Assembly: GCA_963710755.1 (NCBI GenBank)
Contig: CAVQBK010000003.1
Location: 608,001-672,000, forward strand
Source: an uncultured bacterium
Lineage (GTDB): Bacteria; Oederibacteriota; JAAXVQ01; JAUVAV01
DNA: 64,000 bases
Direction: 5' to 3'
Shown here piece by piece: positions 57,881-64,000 of the stretch. The first letter of the stretch is position 1, and every line of letters starts with the position of its first letter. The notes below the pieces were generated by a model. That model did no database searches. It saw only the letters and a program-made list of their open reading frames with translations, and was not told where the DNA came from. The position numbers and the translations under genes are program-made.

Positions 57881-59758
57881 ATGACAGAACTTTCTTGGAT
57901 TATTCCTATGCTGCCCTTGACTGGGGCGGTGGTGGTTTTTTTACTGGGGAAACGGGTTAACCGCTGGAGCGGCTGGATCACGTCCATCATGGTATTTCTG
58001 GCTTTGATGATTGGTACTAAGATCTTCAGTTATTTCCTGGTTCATCCTGACATCAAACATGTTTCCATAACCTGGCTAAAAACAGCAGGCCAATTGCAAT
58101 TGGATTTTGGCATTCTACTCGATCCCTTGTCTGTGCTCATGCTGGTGATCGTGTTGCTGGTGTCCTTTATGGTTCATATTTATTCCATGGGCTACATGGC
58201 CGACGATCCCAACCGTTCCCGCTACTTCGCCTTTTTATCATTGTTTACTTTTTCCATGCTGGGGCTGGTACTGGCGGACAACCTTATCTTGCTTTACATG
58301 TTTTGGGAACTGGTGGGGCTCTCGTCCTACTTGCTCATCGGGTTTTGGAATCACAAGCCGGAGGCGGCCAATGCCGCCAAGAAAGCATTTATTGTTACCC
58401 GCTTTGGCGACCTGGGGTTCCTAGTGGCCTTGCTGCTGCTGGGGTTAACCCTCAACCAATTTAATATTTTAGATCTGGGCCGCGCTGTCAACAGCGGCCA
58501 ACTGAGCGGCCCGGTGGTCACGGCCCTGGCGTTGCTCATTTTTGCCGGTGCTGCCGGTAAGAGCGCTCAGTTTCCCTTGCATATTTGGTTGCCCGATGCC
58601 ATGGAAGGGCCCACCCCGGTCTCGGCGTTAATTCACGCGGCCACCATGGTAGCCGCCGGCATCTTCTTAGTGGCTCGGGTCTTCCCGCTGTTTGAAGCCT
58701 CGGCCACGGCCATGACCGTGGTGGCGACGGTGGGCGGCATTACCGCCTTTTTTGCGGCCACCATTGCCTGTGTGCAGAATGACATCAAGCGCATTCTGGC
58801 TTACAGCACCTTGTCCCAATTGGGCTACATGATGATGGCCATGGGTTGCGGCGGCTATGCGGCCGGCATGTTCCACCTGACCACGCATGCCGCCTTCAAG
58901 GCTTTACTCTTTTTGGCAGCCGGAGCCGTGATTCATGCGGTGCACACCAACAATATTTGGGAGATGGGTGGTCTGGGCAAAAGAATGAAAATCACCGGCC
59001 TGACCATGGGTGTGGCGGGCCTGGCCCTGGCAGGGGTACCGCCCTTGTCCGGCTTTTTCAGCAAGGACGTGGTGCTCATGGCCAGTTACAACGCCCACCG
59101 GCTCGATCTTTTGGTCGTTGGCTTGATAACCGCTCTGCTGACCAGTTTTTATATTGCCCGTTTGTTTTTTGTGGTCTTCACCGGGCCTGAGCAAAACCAT
59201 GGTAGCCACGAAGCACCTCTGGTGATGACCATTCCCTTGATGATTCTGGCCGCGCTTACAGTGGGGTTGGGCTTTTTCGGCAAGGGATTGGAACACTTTC
59301 TTCAGTTCTCTTTTGGTGCACCTCAACCGAACGGGGAGGTGCATACCCGGGTGGTACCCATGCTGGCTTTTTTAGCAGCCATCATGGGTATGGGCTGGGC
59401 TTATCTGGTGTATGCCCAAAAAGCTGTTTCCGCGGCTTTGCTGCAGCGGCGCTTTGCCGGATTACACAGCTTGCTGACGCATAAATATTATATTGATGAG
59501 ATCTATATGTTTCTGGTTAGGCGCGTGTTGTGGGTTGTAGCCTCAGGCTTGGCCTGGTTTGACCGGCATGTCGTGGACGGTGCGGTCAATGGCGTAGCCT
59601 GGATTTGCCAACAAATGGGTCAGGGACTGCGGGTGTTGCAGTCCGGCCGTTTGCATGCGTACATGCTCGTATTTATACTGGGCGTGCTGGTGCTGTTGGT
59701 CTCGTTGCTGGTTAATCATCCCCAGGTTATGGCCGCTGTGGCCGGGATAATGCATTAG
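57881..59758 (+). CDS. nuoL: NADH-quinone oxidoreductase subunit L
   Basis: WELVGL.SYLLIGFW; GKSAQFPLH.WLPDAMEGPTPVSALIHAATMV. Confidence 0.96.
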   Translation: MTELSWIIPMLPLTGAVVVFLLGKRVNRWSGWITSIMVFLALMIGTKIFSYFLVHPDIKHVSITWLKTAGQLQLDFGILLDPLSVLMLVIVLLVSFMVHIYSMGYMADDPNRSRYFAFLSLFTFSMLGLVLADNLILLYMFWELVGLSSYLLIGFWNHKPEAANAAKKAFIVTRFGDLGFLVALLLLGLTLNQFNILDLGRAVNSGQLSGPVVTALALLIFAGAAGKSAQFPLHIWLPDAMEGPTPVSALIHAATMVAAGIFLVARVFPLFEASATAMTVVATVGGITAFFAATIACVQNDIKRILAYSTLSQLGYMMMAMGCGGYAAGMFHLTTHAAFKALLFLAAGAVIHAVHTNNIWEMGGLGKRMKITGLTMGVAGLALAGVPPLSGFFSKDVVLMASYNAHRLDLLVVGLITALLTSFYIARLFFVVFTGPEQNHGSHEAPLVMTIPLMILAALTVGLGFFGKGLEHFLQFSFGAPQPNGEVHTRVVPMLAFLAAIMGMGWAYLVYAQKAVSAALLQRRFAGLHSLLTHKYYIDEIYMFLVRRVLWVVASGLAWFDRHVVDGAVNGVAWICQQMGQGLRVLQSGRLHAYMLVFILGVLVLLVSLLVNHPQVMAAVAGIMH

Positions 59759-59817
59759 TCTCCATATCTCCAAGATCTACGTTTTTGGCGTAGATGACGG
59801 ATCCCTTGTTGATTGAG

Positions 59818-59935
59818 GCAGGGTCTCAACATATTGAGCCCCTACATAGAAAAAAATACCTGCCATTCATAGTATTGGCACCAGGCGAATGTATTGAAAA
59901 AAATGTTGTAGGGCCCGGTCGCGACCGTTCCCTAC
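59818..59935. repeat. Two GTAG-type REP-like palindromes between nuoL and nuoM
   Basis: GCAGGGTCTCAACATATTGAGCCCCTAC (59818-59845) and GTAGGGCCCGGTCGCGACCGTTCCCTAC (59908-59935). Confidence 0.7.
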
Positions 59936-59965
59936 CAATGCGCAGATAAGGTAACAGGAGCAACC

Positions 59966-61423
59966 ATGATTCTTTCGATGTTGATTATCATTCCACTGGT
60001 CTCGGCTCTACTGATCATGATCTTGCCCAGGGAGAAGACCACTTGGCCACGTTGGATCGCTCTGGCCGGAGGCCTGGTATCGCTGGGGCTTTCATTGTAT
60101 CTCTTCAGTCACTATAATTTGCAGACTGCGGGCATTCAATTACGCGAACATATGGATCTGGTGCCGTCATTGGGTATTCAATATGCCCTGGGCTTGGATG
60201 GCATGGGTGCGGCCATGGTGCTGCTGACAGGCATTATTATCTTTGCCGGAGTGTTGGCCTCCTGGCAGGTTTTGGAACGAAGCCAGGAGTTTTTTGCTTT
60301 GCTGCTGGTGCTGGTGACCGGTGTGTTCGGCGTGTTCGTGGCCCGCGATCTCTTTATCTTTTTCCTGTTCTATGAAATTGCCGTGCTGCCCATGTACCTG
60401 CTCATCGGCATCTGGGGCACTGGTAAAAAAGAATATTCGGCCATGAAACTTACCCTCTATTTATTGGTGGGCAGCGCCTTGATGCTGGTAGGTTTCCTGG
60501 CCATGTATTTTGCCGGTGAGGTGCACAATTTCCAGCTTGAGCAATTGATGATGAAACATTATTCGAGAACATTTCAAATCATCTTCTTTCCCATCTTGTT
60601 CGTGGGTTTTGGCATACTGGCCGGGTTCTGGCCCTTTCATACCTGGTCACCCGATGGGCATGCCTCCGCCCCCACTGCGGTTTCCATGCTGCATGCCGGG
60701 GTATTGATGAAATTGGGGGCTTTTGGGATTATCCGTATCGGCCTGGAAGTGTTGCCGGAAGGCGCCAAATTCTGGGTGCCCATCCTGGCCTTGTTTACCT
60801 TGGTTAACATCGTTTATGGTTCCCTGGTGGCGACCCACCAAAAGGATTTGAAATACGTGGTGGCCTATTCCTCGGTCTCCCACATGGGCATTGTGCTGCT
60901 GGGAATCTGTACGCTCAATCCCATCGGGCTCAATGGCGCGGTGCTGCAAATGTTCTCTCATGGTATCATGACCGGGCTTTTCTTTGCGCTGATCGGAATG
61001 GTTTATGGCCGTACTCATACCCGCATTATTCCCGACATGGGCGGTCTGGTGAATCAAATGCCTTTCCTGGCCACAGCCTTCATTATCGGTGGGCTGGTAT
61101 CCCTGGGACTTCCCGGGTTTTCCGGATTTGTAGCCGAGTTTCTGGTATTCCTGGGCGCTTTCAAGACCAATGCCATTGTGTCGGCGATTGCGGTGACCGG
61201 CATCTTATTCACGGCTATTTATGTGCTGCGGGTTGTACAAAAAATATTTTTCGGCCCCAACAAAGCCTCTTTTGCTGGCTTAAACGACGCCAACTGGATA
61301 GAACGCGCTTGTCTGCTGCTTTTAATGCTGGTGCTGTTGGTTGTGGGTGTTTACCCCAGCCTGATGATCAATGTGATCAATACCACTATCGCGCCGTTGG
61401 CCGGTCTTTTAGGAGGCGCTTAA
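59966..61423 (+). CDS. nuoM: NADH-quinone oxidoreductase subunit M
   Basis: FFLFYE..LPMYLLIG.WG; PFHTW.PD.H..APT; AYSSVSHMG; LPG.SGF.AE. Confidence 0.95.
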   Translation: MILSMLIIIPLVSALLIMILPREKTTWPRWIALAGGLVSLGLSLYLFSHYNLQTAGIQLREHMDLVPSLGIQYALGLDGMGAAMVLLTGIIIFAGVLASWQVLERSQEFFALLLVLVTGVFGVFVARDLFIFFLFYEIAVLPMYLLIGIWGTGKKEYSAMKLTLYLLVGSALMLVGFLAMYFAGEVHNFQLEQLMMKHYSRTFQIIFFPILFVGFGILAGFWPFHTWSPDGHASAPTAVSMLHAGVLMKLGAFGIIRIGLEVLPEGAKFWVPILALFTLVNIVYGSLVATHQKDLKYVVAYSSVSHMGIVLLGICTLNPIGLNGAVLQMFSHGIMTGLFFALIGMVYGRTHTRIIPDMGGLVNQMPFLATAFIIGGLVSLGLPGFSGFVAEFLVFLGAFKTNAIVSAIAVTGILFTAIYVLRVVQKIFFGPNKASFAGLNDANWIERACLLLLMLVLLVVGVYPSLMINVINTTIAPLAGLLGGA

Positions 61424-61424
61424 G

Positions 61425-62852
61425 ATGTTTTCCTCTTGGTTGGTATTAAGTCCTGAACTGATTATATTGGTGTTGGCCATGACCTTGATTATCACCGGTC
61501 TTTTGGTCAAGAAATCCCATTCTTGGGGGATAACGCTATTGGTACTGATCGGCCTGGGTCTGGCCTTGGCCGCGCTATGGCTCGGTCCCCAAGCCAGCTT
61601 TGGGCAAGCCTTTATCGTGGACGGTATGGCCAAGATACTAAAGACAGTTGTGCTGGCAGCCTTGGGCTTGTTGGTGCTGATGGTAAAAGACTTTGAAGCA
61701 GTCTGGAAACGACCGCAGGTGGAATTTCAAACATTGCTGCTTTTTTCCGGGCTGGGTATGATGAGTTTGATTTCCAGCCAGGAATTGATTTTAATGGTGG
61801 TCTCCCTGGAATTAACCACTTTTCCTCTGGTGCTGCTCACAGCTTTTCAACCGCAAAATCGTCGTTCCGCCGAAGGTGGCATCAAGTACCTGCTTATGGC
61901 GGCTTTGGGCTCGGCTGTTTTGCTTTTTGGATTATCCCTGATCATGGTGGTTACCGGGGTAACCACTTACCTCGGTTTGGCGGAGATTATCAATGCCCAA
62001 GTTCAGCACCCTTTGCTGGTCACAGGACTGGTATTCGTCGTGGCCGGCGTGGGCTTTAAAATTGCCATGGTACCTTTTCATATGTGGGCGCCTGATGCCT
62101 ATGAAGGCGCACCTACACCGGTAACGGCATTTTTGTCTATTGCCGGTAAAACCGCAGGTTTTGCCTTGGCTATTCGTTTGTTTGCTCAGGCTTTTCCGGC
62201 TCTGCAGCATCACTGGGTCATGGCCCTGGCTATTCTGTCCGCCCTGACCATGTCCTTAGGCAATTTCGCCGCTTTAGTGCAAACCAACATTAAACGGCTG
62301 CTGGCATACTCTTCCATTGCTCAGGCCGGCTATATGCTGATGGGCTTGGTGGCCTTCAGCCAGGACGGCTTGGCAGCCTTACTTTATTACCTCATGGCCT
62401 ATCTGGTCACCACCATCGCGGCCTTCAGCGTGGTCATTGCCATGGAACGCGGGTCGGGCCGTACCGACCTGGAGGCTTATCGAGGACTGGCGGAGCGCTC
62501 GCCGCGTTTGGCCCTGCTGATGCTCCTGGCCTTATTGTCCCTGGCAGGCATTCCGCCCCTGGTGGGCTTTACCGCCAAATTTTATTTATTCACCGCAGCT
62601 TTCAGCCAGGGCTTTGGCTGGCTGGTGCTCATTGCCGTGCTTAATTCCTCTTTGTCTGTTTATTATTACCTGAAAATCGTGCGCCTCATGTATATTGAAC
62701 CGAGTGAAGATCAGCCGGCCGTGCTGCTCACCCCCCACTGGGCGCTGAGCTTGACCATGGTGGTGGCCGTGATCGGTGTGCTGCTGGTGGGCATTATTCC
62801 CAATCCTTTCATTGCCACGGCCAAAGCGGCTGTGCTGACCCTTTTTCCTTAA
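61425..62852 (+). CDS. nuoN: NADH-quinone oxidoreductase subunit N
   Basis: EG..KY; FKI..VPFH.W.PD.YEGAP; KRLLAYSSI; SLAGIPP..GF..KF. Confidence 0.95.
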   Translation: MFSSWLVLSPELIILVLAMTLIITGLLVKKSHSWGITLLVLIGLGLALAALWLGPQASFGQAFIVDGMAKILKTVVLAALGLLVLMVKDFEAVWKRPQVEFQTLLLFSGLGMMSLISSQELILMVVSLELTTFPLVLLTAFQPQNRRSAEGGIKYLLMAALGSAVLLFGLSLIMVVTGVTTYLGLAEIINAQVQHPLLVTGLVFVVAGVGFKIAMVPFHMWAPDAYEGAPTPVTAFLSIAGKTAGFALAIRLFAQAFPALQHHWVMALAILSALTMSLGNFAALVQTNIKRLLAYSSIAQAGYMLMGLVAFSQDGLAALLYYLMAYLVTTIAAFSVVIAMERGSGRTDLEAYRGLAERSPRLALLMLLALLSLAGIPPLVGFTAKFYLFTAAFSQGFGWLVLIAVLNSSLSVYYYLKIVRLMYIEPSEDQPAVLLTPHWALSLTMVVAVIGVLLVGIIPNPFIATAKAAVLTLFP

Positions 62853-63129
62853 CTTCATTATCCTTCTTTATAGAAAGCAACCGGGATAATTTGCATCCGC
62901 ACAGTAGCAAGTGCTTGGCGAATGGAGCGGTTCTTTGTATAATCATAGACGTTCTATCACTCCGGCATGGAGCTGCTCATGACTTTCAGGAAACGCACTT
63001 CCCAACGCGTTTACGCGCAAACGTTCGTGCCCTGCGCGCCGGAACTGGCTTATTGCAGTGATTGCCAGCAAAACCGGTTACAAGGCCACTGTCCCAGGCA
63101 AAAAGCATTGCGTCATGGAGGGAAGGACT

Positions 63130-64000
63130 TTGCAAAATCAGCCAAAATCATGGTCAAAAAAAACATCGAGCATTAAAGTCGAATTTACGCTGTGGGTCAT
63201 TCTTCTGATTTTAACCACCACGGTGACCATTACCGCGGTGGTGTTGAAGCAGGAGAAAACGGCTCTGACCAAGGAGGTCACCCGGCGCGGTGTGGCCTTG
63301 GCGCAATATGTGGCTACTCACAGCATTGATCCTTTTTTGGCTGACGACAAGCTCAGCCTGGCCACACTGGTGGCGGATGTCATGAAAAACGAGGACATGG
63401 TCTACGCCCTGATCGTGGACCGCAACAACCGGGTGGTGGCAGCTGATAATTCTCCTCTGGTAGGCAAAGCCTATCAACGCCCGCCTAATAGTTATCCCCT
63501 CGACCGCCCGGCGCCCAAGACGCACAGTTTTTACTATGACAAAGTCCATGGCTGGGTGCTGGACGTGGGCATTCCCATTATTCTGGAGGGCACCACCAAG
63601 ATCGGGGAAGTGCATATCGGGGTATCCCAATCCACCATCAAGAAAGTGGTCACCGCGGCCTGGCAAAATGCCAGCGGTTTGGCGGCTCTGTTTGTCCTGG
63701 CCGGCCTGCTGGGATCCATCATCATGGTGACCTGGATGTTACGGCCGGTATCGGCCCTTACCAAGGGTGCCCGTGAGATCGGAAGCGGCAACTTGGATTT
63801 TCATATTCCCCAAATGAAAAATAATGAACTGGGTCAGCTGGCCATGACCTTCAACAAAATGACGGATGAGCTGAAGGTGGCTACCGAGAAGGCTTTGGAG
63901 CAGGAGCGTATTGAAAAAGAATTACAAGTGGCCCATCAAATTCAGCACATGTTGCTGCCCAAAGATACACCAACGCTCCGGGGCTATTCCTTTGGAGCCC
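63130..64000 (+). CDS. Membrane sensor with HAMP domain and probable PP2C/SpoIIE (RsbU-like) phosphatase, truncated by the window end
   Basis: Read manually: TTG start after GGAGGGAAGG; TM, extracytoplasmic domain, TM, HAMP (RPVSALTKGAREIGSGNL...NELGQLA.TFNKM), then EKELQVAHQIQHMLLP. Confidence 0.8.
   Translation, partial: MQNQPKSWSKKTSSIKVEFTLWVILLILTTTVTITAVVLKQEKTALTKEVTRRGVALAQYVATHSIDPFLADDKLSLATLVADVMKNEDMVYALIVDRNNRVVAADNSPLVGKAYQRPPNSYPLDRPAPKTHSFYYDKVHGWVLDVGIPIILEGTTKIGEVHIGVSQSTIKKVVTAAWQNASGLAALFVLAGLLGSIIMVTWMLRPVSALTKGAREIGSGNLDFHIPQMKNNELGQLAMTFNKMTDELKVATEKALEQERIEKELQVAHQIQHMLLPKDTPTLRGYSFGA

Noticed and set aside
62967-63176. 69-aa Cys-containing ORF
   Set aside because: No clear RBS or family motif, and it overlaps the start of the HAMP-PP2C gene

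Overview
Bacterial chromosomal window from a probable diderm (TonB receptor, PorV-like barrels, Thr/Pro-rich secreted proteins with a FlgD/T9SS-like C-terminus; lineage not determined). About 0.2-25.4 kb is an extracellular contractile injection system (eCIS, Afp/PVC-like) built from two divergent operons. The rightward operon (7120-25373) encodes cap, two sheaths, two tubes, a tail chaperone pair, a candidate tape measure, two DUF4157 proteins, a LysM tube initiator, a gpD-like hub, gp25, baseplate J, a PASTA-gpI fusion and a fibre-like protein. One DUF4157 protein carries an AT-rich C-terminal RelA/SpoT-type alarmone synthetase domain, followed by a small candidate immunity gene. No spike, PAAR or Afp15-type ATPase is visible in that operon. 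The leftward operon encodes FHA, a membrane-anchored vWA protein, a Ycf46-like AAA+/DUF1257/DUF2997 trio, a second tail chaperone, a pentapeptide-repeat protein and a PorV-like barrel. 25.5-36.9 kb is a partly decaying accessory region. 37-64 kb is housekeeping: yitJ-like, tilS, ftsH, folP, cdaA/cdaR, fabH, folD, an 11-subunit nuo operon lacking EFG, and a partial HAMP-PP2C gene. All family calls come from motif recognition by eye; no database searches were run.
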